From the NCBI GenBank assembly GCA_052327205.1, contig CM126212.1:23560001-23624000 (forward strand): a stretch of 64,000 bases of DNA, written 5' to 3'. The notes beneath the pieces are model-generated. The model was given only the letters and a program-made list of their open reading frames with translations. It made no database searches and was not told where the DNA came from. Positions within the stretch are counted from its first letter, which is position 1, and the number at the start of each line of letters is the position of its first letter. A program made the translations under genes and the position numbers. The stretch is from Somniosus microcephalus. Lineage: Eukaryota. This document shows positions 49,546 to 62,200 of this stretch, piece after piece.

Positions 49546-50394
49546 CAAGGCAAGTGGGGGGGCTGACACAAGAGGCTTGACAACACAAATAATTCCCCCT
49601 AGTTTGAATATCTTGTGCCTTCCATTGCGCTGGTGGCCTCAGCGTCTATGGATGAATGCTTCTGTCTGACATGAGCTACAGGATCGGTGGAAAGGGGGAT
49701 TCCTGTAAACTTCAAGACAAAGCGCCCTTGGAACTTATGACTTGGCCGCTGCTTGTAGACACAGAAAGACATTGGTTTTGCAGTGTGTTCTGTAACAAAA
49801 CCCGAGTGTTCTCCAAGAGCATTCAATCGTTGCTTCGGGACATTATGCCCGACATACAAAAAAAGGGTGGGGGGGGGGGAGAAACAAAGTACTCTTATCA
49901 TTCCTAGTCAATTATTTATCTAGGAACATTGCGCTGACAAGAAGTTGTTCGGCGGGCTCACTCGAAATAAACTCTTCCAAAACAACAGCAATTTTGCTAA
50001 TGCTTCCCAACTAATAGGCAAAAAACATCTGAGGCTAACTCCCCACCCACTCACCACAGTGCAGCTGCTATTAAGTGCTGCACCGTACTACACAAGCAAG
50101 TTCCTGCTAATCGCTGCTAGCCACAATGCTCTGCTTGAGAAATTACCAGCAATAATTGCCTCCATTTTGGGGGGGGGGGGGGGGGAGAAGTTAAATCTAA
50201 ACATGATCTTTATTTTTTGCGGGGGTGGAGGGGGTTAACCTGCCAAAAACTGCATTTGGAAATCTACAATAGCAAATGCACACCAGCTAAAGACATTTTC
50301 ACTCTGGATATTTTCCAGTTACTGTATCGCCCGACCCCTCTCCGGGGCTTCACTGAAATGTGCAGACGGAGAAATGTCCTGCTTTACTCGCGCC

Positions 50395-50542
50395 AGTGAA
50401 TCCCACTGCCTCCCCTGCTCTTTCCCCCGTAGCTCCTGCAAATGTTTCCCCTTCAAGTATTTCTCCAATTCCCCTTTGAAAGTTACTGTTGAATCAGCTT
50501 CCACCGCCCTTTCGGGCAGTGCGTTCCGGGATCACAACAACT
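50395..50542 (-). mobile_element. CR1 fragment
   Basis: TCAAGTATTTCTCCAATTCCCCTTTGAAAGTTACTGTTGAATC; similar to 3990-4110. Confidence 0.75.
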
Positions 50543-51994
50543 TGTAAAATGCACAAGGACCCGTCCGTTTGGAAAGAGGCAATTCGACTTTTAAACGTTT
50601 TAAGTGGGATAAACTAAACATGGAGATGCTTGCTCGCTCAAGTACCCACAAGGATCTCAAAACTACATTTATCTCCTCAGTCCGTCAGCTTTTTCATCCT
50701 ACTCTAATCTTCACGCTTTTAAAACGCCAAACTTGAGAGTCACCCCATCAGGGGCAACTTCCCGATTCATCTTGTCCCTTATGTATAAACTTGATGGGAT
50801 CCTGCACTGGGGTCTAGTTCCTTCACCTTAGTTCCTCGATTTTTTTTATATTTAAAAAAAAAGATAAAATGTACGGCCTTTGTCATTAAAAGGACCCCCT
50901 AAGGCGGATCTATAAATGTAATTTGCATTGTTAGATTTCCCTGACACTCTGGTTGAAAGTGTAAGGGCAGTGACCTATTTGCTTACTCCACCGTACAAAT
51001 CAGCCCAGTGCGCGGATTGGCCGATGTAAATATACAGGGTGACGCTGACGCGAAATTGACAGGGACACTCCGGTTGAAATATGGCAAATTCCCAATTGTT
51101 TTCGATGGTTGAAAACGGTATTGTTTTTTTTTAAAGCTCCAGTTGGGAATTACCCCACAAATTGAATGCGGTATGGGAGTGTGAAAACACTGTTAACCGG
51201 CCGCAATCAGTGTACCAGAAATTAAAACTGGACATTTTGAAGTGCCACGTAATGCTTTTTGAGGTTGCAGTCGAACCGGAGATTATTTAAAATGAGCTAT
51301 GCCCCCCCCCCCACCCCCGACACAAGGAAGCCTTTTTACAGATTTTTTTTGCGGGGAGGGGGGGGGGGGGGGAATTATAGACTGCCAAAGGATCCAACCC
51401 AAGGCAAGGGAATGCCTCGAGAATGGGTCACACGGCATAAATCAGCATTCCTCGCCCTTTACCCTTCAGTGAGAGACGGAATGAGCCTGTGGTGGTGGAG
51501 TGGAATCAATAAACCAGGGCCCGTTCAAAGTATGATTACATCTACTTATTGAATGTGTATAAACCGGGTGAGGAAAAGTCTAGACTAAATCTCCAGTGGA
51601 AGGAAGGAAAATAAAAGAAATGTAAACATGAAACTTTAAAAAAAAAAGATCTTGAACTTTGTGTGTGTGTGTGTGTGAAGACTGACGTGGAAAGTAGACG
51701 TTAAGACGGTTGCGAAACGGATATTGTGGAACAGGTCAGTGGGATTGAATTCGGAGGGAGCGGCCAGGCTCCTGTTTGGTGCCTGGGGTTTCAGATCTCT
51801 TTTGGTATCAGTGCTTAAAACTTTTTTTTTAATCCTTAGCTGAACATTCCCCTCCTAGCCGTGACAGGCTGCTCGAATTCTGTTTGTGACTGTTTGGTGA
51901 CCGGTATCTCTTCCCCGTCCTTTCAACTCCGCTGGCCATTACACCCCCCTTCAAATGTTTAACTCTTTCGACACATTCCCCACGTAGAGAATGC

Positions 51995-52150
51995 ACAGCA
52001 CAGAAAGAGGTCATTCGGCCCAACTGGTTCATGCTGGCGTTTGGGATCCACACCAGCCTCCTCCCACCCCTCTTCATCCCACCCCATCAGCATATCCTTC
52101 TATTCCTTTCTCCCTCGTCTACTTATCTAGCTTCCCCTTAAATGCATCTC
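51995..52150 (-). mobile_element. CR1 3' tail
   Basis: ACAGCACAGAAAGAGGTCATTCGGCCCAAC...TTATCTAGCTTCCCCTTAAATGCATCT. Confidence 0.8.
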
Positions 52151-54357
52151 TGTTCTGGGGTCCTCGAGGGTTCAACACTATATTTGGGGCTCAAACAAAC
52201 CACAGGTCTGGAAATATTCATCTTCTAATGCCTGTTCGGCGGAAACTTTGACGTTTGGAGTTCAGAAGCCGCAAGAACAAGAGTCTGAACCCTGACTACA
52301 GCAACGATGGGACTAGGGAGTGAAACATATCGGCGACCCCTTTCTTCAATTAAGCTTGATCCCTCGCATTATAGGGTTAAACCTGCGCCAAATCACTTCC
52401 ATTTTAGGAAGCGGTGGGCTGTAATTCAGAACCATCTGACTCATTTATCATACCTAGTCCTCGGCGTATTCAACTTTTTTTTCCCTTTCGGGCACTGGAT
52501 CAGTCAGTGCTAAGTTGAAGCAGCGATCAACGGCTGCAGCACGCTGTCTAGTGTCCCGATAAATCACCGACCAAACAGGCACAATCGCGGCGTTCAAGCA
52601 AGCACGAGCACCAAAAAACTAAAAGTGGATAAGGGCAAACTAAAAGGTGACAGTGTCCGTAATCATGTCATTTCTTGGCGACACAGTTTTGAAAATCCTG
52701 GTCTGTTATCTGATGTTTCGTGGCCTTTAGTCATTCTGCCTCTCTCTACTTTCTGTAGATTCAAATCCCGACCTCATTAAAGTCTCCAAAACTGCACTGA
52801 TCTGATAGAATCCCCGGTCTGGCCAGGAGGGGGGAAAAAAGACCGCTCATATCCTTGGCAGTCAGTCAGTCCCGTGTTGGCATAACTTAAGGAGCAACTT
52901 TGCAGAGTTTACCTGGCTCCAAGTACGTTCGTTGGCCGAACGGTACACCCGGAAAAGACGGCGGCGGACCCTGTATAAACCTCCCTCTCACCCAATTATA
53001 GTCAAATGCACAAAAGACAATGAACCGGTCTCCGGGTTTCTGCGCAGCGACCTTAAGATCGAAGCATCGCTTTTTTTTTCGGGTTGAACTTTGAAGTCCA
53101 GAACTGGTGAGAATTTGAGCTGGTTAAGAGGACGCGGAATTAAAAAGATGAACCAATGTTTCATTTTTAAAATGGCTAGACTTCATTACGGCGAAATAAA
53201 ACAGGGAAGGGAGTAGTGCCATACAGTGCCCTTAAACAGCGGGGTTTAAAACGCACTCCCTTTGCTAAGCTTTCTCTTCACATAGTTAAGACTTGCGCGT
53301 TATGTTGATTCAGTTTGTGAATGTTTAGTGGATGTGGCGAAAAAAAGCGTTAATGCTGTACTTTACAAGGACACTGGCGGGGCTCGGTTCTGGGAATGTG
53401 GAGTATCACATGAAGGTTTCCAGCCGTGTCTGAGCTGGCCTTTCACCAAGTGTTAGACTTTTTAAAATGCCACTTTAAAAACAAGAGTATTTGTAACAGT
53501 GCTTCTAAATCTAAGATCCAACCCTTCTACCTCGGCAACACATCCACAAATAGCCAAACCCAGTCTAAGTAACCTGCTAGATCTTCCTACATTACATTCC
53601 ATGTAGCCTCATTAATAGGGTTTTTACACTTCCTTGTTTTACTCCACACAGTTCTTCCTATGGTCACATTACTATGCCTTACTTTCAGTATTCCACTTAT
53701 AACCCCTGCATGTATTTTAATAGAATCGCCCCAAAAACTGTTGAGGTTAATTATAGACGTCTATCCTCGATAGCTAGTGCTACTTCAGAGGCATACGACC
53801 AAGTATTCTCAATGTTAATGTACAGCCACCTTCCGATTGCAAGCCTGCCGAAGTCTTTAATCGTAACTTAAAACCACTGTCTATAATTTAACATTTAAAA
53901 AGCCATTAAGGTAATGCGAGGGGACACATGGACAGCGGAACCTGCTATTCACAGTAATTATTAAAGTTAAAACTTAAAGTCAATCTTACTCAACTGTATG
54001 AATAAAATACAGAAAAGCAGAAAGCGCCCTATCCTGTAACACTGTAAGACAGGCACACTCCGACAATGGGAACAATTTACTGTGTACAAGAAATAGCACT
54101 GGATATTAACACTTTAACTACCAGCTGCAGTATTGGAGGAGGACTTGCCGAGCAACCTCTTCTAATATTTAACGTTAGTGAACAAGGAGGGGAACTGGGA
54201 ATCAAAAAGGTTTCAACTCTGCCTGTGAGCACACAGGGTTTGAATTGAAGCCTCGTTCCTCCGTACACCAGGCAGCCTCGCCACTCAGATGCACCGCTGT
54301 AAGCGGCCGTCTCCAGCCAGAAGCCCGTCAGAGGTTTTGCGAACTCGGCGAATGGGA

Positions 54358-54444
54358 GAGGACGTGCATTTCTATAGCGCCGTTCGCGACCCCGGGACGT
54401 CCCAAAGCGCTTTACAACCAGCGAAGCACTGGGGTTGTAATGTA
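54358..54444 (-). mobile_element. Deu-SINE tail fragment (CpG-retaining)
   Basis: TGCATTTCTATAGCGCCGTTCGCGACCCCGGGACGTCCCAAAGCGCTTTACAACCA. Confidence 0.65.
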
Positions 54445-56844
54445 GAGGGACGTGTTTTAAACTGGGGGAATCAAAATAAATGTTTCCGCTCTGCCTACAG
54501 GGATTGAACTAAAGCCCCATGCCTCCATTAGAAAACATGCAGCCGTCAACCTATGCTGTGCCAGCGAAAAATACTTTCAATCTACGCAGGAAAACTAAAA
54601 CTTTCTACTTTTCACAGAACGCTGGAGGGGGAGCGGAATCGCCGATAACGACGTGAAATCGCTGCCAATGAACAGATCGGGGTGGGGGAGAATACAGGGG
54701 GAAATAAAACTTTTTTTTAAAAAAAAAAAAGGTCTTCTGCGTTTGACAATAAGATAGAGGATTACTTCAAAAGAGCGCCAGCTTATAAACACAGTCACAA
54801 AACAGCCACGGTCAAAATGTAAACAGTTACCTTAGTAAATGTGCTGAAATGAATTAAGGACTGCGCTTAGAAATATTAGCAATGATTCATATTCAAGGTG
54901 GCTATGTCATTGCCCCTTGGACTTCAGGGGATTTCGAACTGCCCACAAATCATGTTGCCATTTTGTATATATATATAGATATATAGATATATACCCATAC
55001 AATTAAAGGTATGTGGTTTCACAAGCGTCATGTTTAGCGCTTTCTACGCCCTGCTCCACCAGTACTTTTTCACACAAAGGTGAATTTGCAATCTGCGCAA
55101 TTCTAATCAACCCTAACAAGTGTGAATGTCAGACAATTTGCATGCTTGAGGGAAAAAATAGCCAGCGAGGCACAGCTTCCTCGAGAAACATTTACAATTC
55201 ATTTAACCAGCTGGCGTGCACCCTTAACCCGCCCCCACTTCCCCCAACACCACCTTTTATTTGGCTTTGTAATGTCAAGATTTCTGCCTGTTCCTGCCTT
55301 GTGTGTTTTGGGGGAATTTGCACGGTTTATTACTATCAGCATGAACTTTCAAAAATAAATAAGTCGATTGAGAATAGGCAACCGACAATATATGACACAT
55401 ACTCTAAAATACACGAATTCCCATTCTTTGCAAACCTGGCCCAAACTCTATACCACAAAGAATATCCAACCACCGAAGCGTTAAGTGCACTAAAGATTGC
55501 TGTCTGCATTTATTTGTGATCAATGCGTGTGTATTTACATACAAAAAGGACACCCTTTTAGGGGGGAATTAGAACAACGTTAGAACACCTTTAGATACGG
55601 AATATTCGCTGGCTTTTACCAAAGATAGTTGTTTGCAACTTGGTTCGGTTTTAAGTTCCTTTCTATTTCAATTGCTTGCTTAGTTTTAGGGGCCGCCTTG
55701 AATCTTGCTGAGACCTCCACTTTCAGACTATCTGTACAATCTCTCTCTCAGACCCGGCGATAGTCTCAACCATTTCTTTTCTCTCTCTCGCTCTCTGCTT
55801 CGAACCGCTCTACATTTGTAGGTATTCGGAGCTTTTTTTTTAAATTTAAAATAAAAAGGAACGAGGAACTGGCGCGCATTGAAGGGAACGAAGGGAACTA
55901 GTCTCCAAACCCGAATAAAACGCTCGAATGCCACTTCCTAACCAACCGTCGAAACAACACCAGTTTAGGTACAGGTAACAGGGAAACGCGTTTCTCGTCC
56001 GCAAAATAAATAAGATTCGAACAGCAACCAAAAATTCCAAAGGAAAGCAGCCATTGCAGAGCAGCTCCAAGCTCAGCCCTCAGTCTGCACAGCCTCTGCT
56101 CTCTCTAACATGCTGATTGCAGTATTTTGCTATCGTGCTGATTTTAGAGGTCGCGTTTCAAAGTGCGGTTTAGATATGTACTGAACTCGAACGTTTTGTG
56201 ACGGGCACGGCTCAATTTTAACTAAAGCTCACCGCTTTTCTCCAACCTCAATACTGCGACAAGTAAACCAGCTCGGTTAATGCTAAACAACAAAGAGCTC
56301 CAAGCGACCGGCCATCCACTTCATTCTATTCAACACAGGTCGATATTTTTTCAATTGCCTACACTGTACGGATTCTCCGCACCAAAAAAAAAGCAGTAAG
56401 ACCGAATCACATTAGAAGAAAAACTATTCGAATGCGCTTAACATTTGCTAAGAGAGGGGACTACACAGAAACATCTGATTACAGTCAATGAGATCTGCAT
56501 AATGGACACTTGACCCTAAGTATTATTGTTAAGGAATATTTGCATTAATTGTTAACACAATTTACACACTAAATTCTTTCATTGTATGTAAAAAAAAGTA
56601 AGTTTGCAGAACTTCTAAGCAAACTTTTAGAATCCTCACAATCTCTTTCGCAGTTCAGCTCCCCCCTCTCAATTAAAGGACTGTCTTTCACTGAAGAAAC
56701 TCTCGTGGTTTTGAAAAATCATTGTTTTTTTTTTTTTAAAAACACACACATTTCCAACAACTCTAAGGTGGCCCCACATGTAACACAGATTCGCCTAAAA
56801 AATCTACTCGAAATCAAGCATCGGAAGAGGAAGGCAAGACTTAC

Positions 56845-57043
56845 CCGAGTGCCCGTGTACCGAGACCGGGGAGGAGAGGTACTTGCCCGGGGGGAGGTGA
56901 GAGCCGAGCGCCGAGCTCATGTGGCCGGCCGAGGGAGCTATCCTGCCGGCTGGCGCGCCGACCCTGTGCGCCTCCATGGCCAGCCCGGTGAGCAGAGACG
57001 GGACGTGAACAGTCCGGTGGTGGCCGAAATCTCTGCCATCCAT
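56845..57043 (-). CDS. TNRC18: TNRC18 first coding exon, coding part (66 codons + 1 nt, phase-1 donor); BAH-domain H3K9me3-reader family, N-terminus only
   Basis: Translates MDGRDFGHHRTVHVPSLLTGLAMEAHRVGAPAGRIAPSAGHMSSALGSHLPPGKYLSSPVSVHGHS(G), closely matching my recollection of the vertebrate TNRC18 N-terminus (MDGRDFGPQRSVH...LLSGLAMDSHRVGA...LPPGKY...HPG). The ATG has strong Kozak context (ATTATGG). A canonical donor G|GTAAGT lies at 56845/56844, where the similarity ends. The segment is GC/CpG-rich. Confidence 0.9.
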
Positions 57044-57174
57044 AATCGGTCAGTGCGAATCCTTGCTACTTGGGTTTCTGCACAAATCCCTCCTGTTTAA
57101 TTCAGGCTACTTTAGACAGTCCCAAGATTTACAAACGTGTTATCAGGCTTTCTCTGAGGCATTCTGAGCGGCAT
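57044..57174 (-). other. TNRC18: 5' UTR part of the TNRC18 ATG-containing exon
   Basis: Minus-strand polypyrimidine tract and acceptor TTTCTCTTCTCTCTTGCACAG ending at 57175, 131 nt upstream of the ATG. Confidence 0.7.
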
Positions 57175-58956
57175 CTGTGCAAGAGAGAAGAGAAATATGG
57201 CTTCAATATATTTAGTGCAATTAAAATATATTAATTCTTCCCCTTATACTCGTCTACATTAACTCAAATTCATAATAAAACATAGCGGTTATTAGTTTAA
57301 GGAGCTGGGACAAAACCCAATTTATGCTTCACATTAAACTCAAAACATTTCCCATTTCCTTTGAAGATCGGCGTATTATTCCGCGTGTAAGTGTTCCCTC
57401 TTAAAACAACCATTGCAATGTAAGGATATGTTTGCGTTACTGTTTTCAACATCTGCCGAAACCCCCGTCTTTTTGTGGAACGACTATTTTATCACCGAGC
57501 TCAAATTCAGTCTCGTGTTTCATGGAACAACGTTACCCCCAGACATAGCGAGAGTTTGAAGACCTAAATGCTGCTTTTAAAACGATTCTGAAGGGAAATT
57601 ATACTGCCCCCCCCCCCCTCCCCACCCCATTCACCAGAATCAAAGCAAGAGAATAAGGAATTTTTCGGTCAGAGTAATCTCCCCGCCTGTATCTTAACTT
57701 TCGAGGCTCGAGTATATGCTTGGAGCGTTGGCACATACTGAAAAAATTAGCTGCCTACAATAGCTGGCCGTTATAGAAAAATAAACAACAGATGTAAACA
57801 CAAGCCTCTCTCCGTAGAAAATCATCAATAATTACATTCTGAAGCCGAGCACTATTTTTAAAACACTACACACAAAATGTTAATCTTTTAAAAGTTTAAA
57901 AATAATAATTCAGGCTCGATATGTTCAAATTAAATATATCAGAGTCACTAATGGAGAAGTCCAGATGGAGTGAGAGCTTAACTCTGGTGCGAATGTTTTT
58001 GGATCTACTCACTGCAGTGCAGCCGTGCACAGGAGGGCTGATTTTTTTAAAAATAACATTTTCTTCCCCCTCCGTCGGCTAATTAAACCGTTTCAATCCC
58101 CCTACGTTTCGTTCGCTTACAATCGACCGATTCGGCTCCTCATTAATGCGTATTGTTGCAGCTTCTAAAAATCCCAAGTTCATTCACAAATGACTGCTCT
58201 CACCCAATACGATGCATAAACATGCTGAAACATGCAGCGGCCGAACACACCTAAAACTCATCAGTTAGGCGGGCAAGTTCTCCCCCAAAATATACTGCAA
58301 GAAGCAGACAGTCATTTTTTTTAAAACCCAGCCTCGGATAGAATGAAATATTTTTTTTGAGTCGAGGAGGCTACGCCACATTTGCCAATTGAATCCTTTA
58401 GGAGCCTTGATTTGATTTCCTGGCTTTCGCCAGTGTTTCATGGAATGGCTTAAATCCTGATTTTAATTAAAAACAGCCATTTGATCAACTGCAATCCACC
58501 CCACCCCCTACCCTACCCTACCTTTGGATAAAATGCAACTTATTCTGTTTTCAGCAAAATCCATAAAGCTCAGCACGCGGTCTACGTTTGATTATTTTAC
58601 ACTTAAGCAAAAAAAAGAGGAATGTGGGGACTTGGGTTATAAAAAAAGAAGCAAGTAGCACCGATCTGCTCACTCTGCGTTACAAAAGGTCCGGTCTAAC
58701 TTCAGCACAGAGTACAACAGCCTCTTCGACAGCAAGCATTTAAAAAAATATATACAACAAACAATCCAACCTCTGTTCCAGTAACCTTTCGTGTTCTGAT
58801 GAATCTCACTTCCCAACCAAAACTTGTGCGATTGCGCCCAGAATAGTGTTTTTCACGCTTGGCGCGCCTTCCCATTACTTCACATCTTACAAACACGGTT
58901 GACTGTGCAATAGTTAGAGCTCTGAGTATGTTAGGTGCAAAAAAAACTTTACTCAC

Positions 58957-59130
58957 GTTTATGGACGTTTCAGACAAGCTAAGTAGATTTTCTCTTTCCC
59001 CCCTAGGTTTTTTTTTTAAGAGTCCAGGCTATAGGTGAACGCAGATTGTGGAAGCGCCATACAGAAAACAAAATACAAAAAAAAACCTCTTTCAACTCTA
59101 GCCAGTCTTCCAAAACTCTCTTTTTGCAAT
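58957..59130 (-). other. TNRC18: Probable non-coding exon 1 of TNRC18 (5' end is an estimate)
   Basis: Consensus donor AAAC|GTGAGT (plus-strand actcac 58951-58956) about 200 bp downstream of a CCAAT-rich promoter-like cluster. The TSS is not determinable from sequence alone. Confidence 0.5.
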
Positions 59131-59149
59131 GAAGCACACATTGTTTCGC

Positions 59150-59290
59150 CAGGGGCCTGCCTCCTGTCAATCATCCCGTGTCAATAAGCCTCCCATTGGT
59201 CGCAGCGGCTGTCAATCAATCAATATAAACACGCCTCTGATTGGCCCGGGGCCAGCTCCCCCTCGCGACGTCCCTGAAAAACCAATTAGA
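59150..59290 (-). promoter_or_regulatory. Putative TNRC18 promoter: PBX/PREP(MEIS) decamers and NF-Y CCAAT boxes
   Basis: CTGTCAATCA (=TGATTGACAG) at 59164-59173 and 59209-59218, with a variant GTGTCAATAA at 59178-59187. ATTGG at 59195-59199 and CTGATTGG at 59237-59244; CCAAT at 59282-59286. Lies in CpG-rich sequence just upstream of the candidate exon 1. Confidence 0.65.
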
Positions 59291-62200
59291 GAGTCCGGGA
59301 GGTTTCAAGGCGATCCTTTGTACGGCATTGAGCGATTACAATAGGACTTCGAATGGCACCGTTTCCAGGCTCCCCATTCCCTCCTGAATGATCGAAATAG
59401 TAATAAGAATCTTGCGAGAGGAGTTTCAAGTTTCCCGTCTACTCCAGCCCCGCCATGCTGTTTTTTTAATGTCAGGCGGTTTCAAGTTCCTCAAGTTCCC
59501 CAAGACAAGGAAAGGGACTAAAATAGTAATGAGCTCCCCCAGCGCCAGGGAAACAACCGCCTGAATGTTTGGAAGAGCTCATCTGAATATCTCCCAGGCA
59601 CAATCGCGTCTCCGAATGAAAGAAACGCAACTTCTGGAGGACTCATCAACGTTGCATTTGTCTCAAAATTGGCGACAGGATCGAGAAAGAAAGCGAAAGA
59701 GGGAGAGAGAGAGAGACGCGCAGAGGGGGAGGGGAGGGATAATTAATGCGGAGTGACTGATGGCAGCGGCAGAGAATGCAGAAGATTGTGAATGATCAAT
59801 GGAGCAGTAATGACTGACAGCTTCCTTCCAACTTATTCCCCCCCCCCCCTCCTTTCTCTTCTAATGGAAAAACGTTGCTTATGTTTTAAAATGTAGGGGG
59901 GGGGGAATCAATGTATTGCATCCCATCAGCTTGTAATTAAATGTAACGCCAGCTCCGTGGATTATTTGTGTGTGTGTGTGTGTGTATCAAGGAATCTTAA
60001 GACAGTTGGTTACGTTTAGCACGCCGTGTGTTTTTTTCCCCTTTGCCTGGTTTTGTTCTCTGGTTGTGTGACTCATTGTTTTATACACTCGGATGCAACA
60101 GAAGCTGTAATGTGATTAGGTATGTATAACAATAAATCATCCGGTTAATAACGCGCTTGTAGATGTGCATGCGTCTTTTGTGTGTTTTAACGGCCTTAAA
60201 TCGACAAAGGGCGATTGTAATTGGTTTTTTTTGTTGAAAACTTATATTTCTGTTCAGTAATCGAGATTACGGCCGCGTATATCTATCTGATCCTGCAATT
60301 GAACTCTTAAGTGCGTCATCGGTATCGATGACATAGAACTGTAGCCGTGTGATTTCATCTTTTTAATATATAATGTAAAAAAAATAATAATATGCTCGAT
60401 GGTTCGGGAGCCATGTTTGCGGAATGGGTAATGAAGGGCATACTGCAGCCTGCAAGGTTACTGCACTATATTGTGCTATATGCTTTCCATTACCGCGCTT
60501 TAGTTGGGAGTTCGCCCTTGAGTTGAAGGCTATTTTTTGTTTGCTTTTTTTTAATTATATGTATATATTTGCAAACCGAAGCCACGGTAAATAGCTTTGC
60601 TTACGTGACAAGCCTTCGATGGCGAGTTACAGTTTGCTGGCAAATGTATTCCCTGTTTCCCTGGCAGACATTAATAACACGTGGCAGGGAGCTGGAGTTA
60701 GAAAGATCTGCGGCGATTGCAGGGGGAGGCGGGAAACCCACCCCAACACTCACCCTTCTCCCAGTTTACACAATGCATTCCATTTCTCTACGTAAAACAT
60801 CTCCCAAATAGCTTTCGCTTTTAAATAGACTTAAAATGAAAGCGCAAGCACACATCCCCCCCCCCCCCGGAAAAAAAAACCCGCCCTGCGTGCAAATTCA
60901 AAGACCTTGCTTGGCAAAGATTTGAGATAACATAAGATTGAGCTGGGATAGAAAGTGCTGGAAAACAGGGTGGGCCGATAGTCGAAACTCAGTGACCCCC
61001 CCCCCCCCCCCAGCACTTAAAAAAAAAATGCTGTTTAGAGGATTATCGCCATTGGATCAATATTTGGAAGCGAAGCTCAGAGTGCGAGGGCCCCACATTC
61101 TCCAGTTCTTCAACGCGCCTTTAGAATAATTACATTGGTGGGCTGGGGGTGGATGCAGAGACTTCGCTGAACGCTTATCTCGGAATGAAGCGCTAGCAGT
61201 AGATGAAATGAAAGGGACTCTCTCCCCACCCTCACCAACCGTCTTTGTCCTGGAGACCCCCTTCAAAAGCTGAACCGAGCCAGCAAACAAGAGGGAGAAC
61301 CCAGGACATTTGGATTTCAGACAAATAGCTTTCTGCTCCCAAAGGCCTCAAATGGACCTTTCTGATCGTGTTGAAGACAGGACGTCCTGGTTCTAACATG
61401 AAAAATGTTTAAACCTTCGATTTTTTAGTGGGATGGGGGGCGGGGGGGGAGCTCTTTGTGGATTGGCTGCAAGCTGTACATTTTGCACCGCGAACTACTT
61501 CTTTTGAATCGACTATGTCATTGACAGGCTTTCATTCATAGTTGAGGGGGGGGGGGGGGGAAGCTATCATCAGGAGCTTTGTACGGATCCTACAAAATGT
61601 GTATTAAAAATCCACACAAAAAAGGAGTTGGTAGGGGTTCTTTTTGCTTTGAGTTTCTGTTATTATTTCATCTGGAACGCTCTGAGATGTAGTTACATTG
61701 TATCACAGCAGTGTAGTTACTGACAGCCCGTGTATAGATCATTAGTTAGTTGATTGATTTTTGAATTTATATGAAAGCGACTGCAGATGGAAAAGGGGCG
61801 CTGCAGCTTTAGACCGGAGATTAAACGTTTTGAAGTAGAAAACATCTACACTTTGACAAATTGTGTATCAAATTAGGGTGCAATATAAAATTAAATACTA
61901 TGCACGGGTATTTTTCCCTTTTTTTAAATACAAAAAAAAAGTGACTTTTAAACTAGACTAACGTCAGTGCCCTTGGCGCCAGCCAGGCAAAGCCAATATA
62001 AATAAATAAAAGGATGAATTAATATGGACCTAAAATCTTCTATTAAGGTGATATAGCCATGTCACTTCGAAAAGCCTTGTGTAAACAGAGCCAATGACTC
62101 CTAGGATATTGCCCATAAGGAGCTGAACTCAGATCCAATATATTGTACTAATAGAATGGTTGCTTGATGTGACTCGAGTAGGTGATGCCTGCTATAAAAC

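Noticed and set aside
56804-57043. Calling the exon BAHCC1, or a complete 79-aa protein
   Set aside because: BAHCC1 also starts MDGRDF, but the LLxGLAMxxHRVGA segment fits TNRC18. The last 12 residues of the ORF run past a canonical donor into the intron.
56582-57100. 172-aa plus-strand ORF
   Set aside because: Antisense shadow of the GC-rich TNRC18 exon, with a non-ATG start and no recognisable homology.
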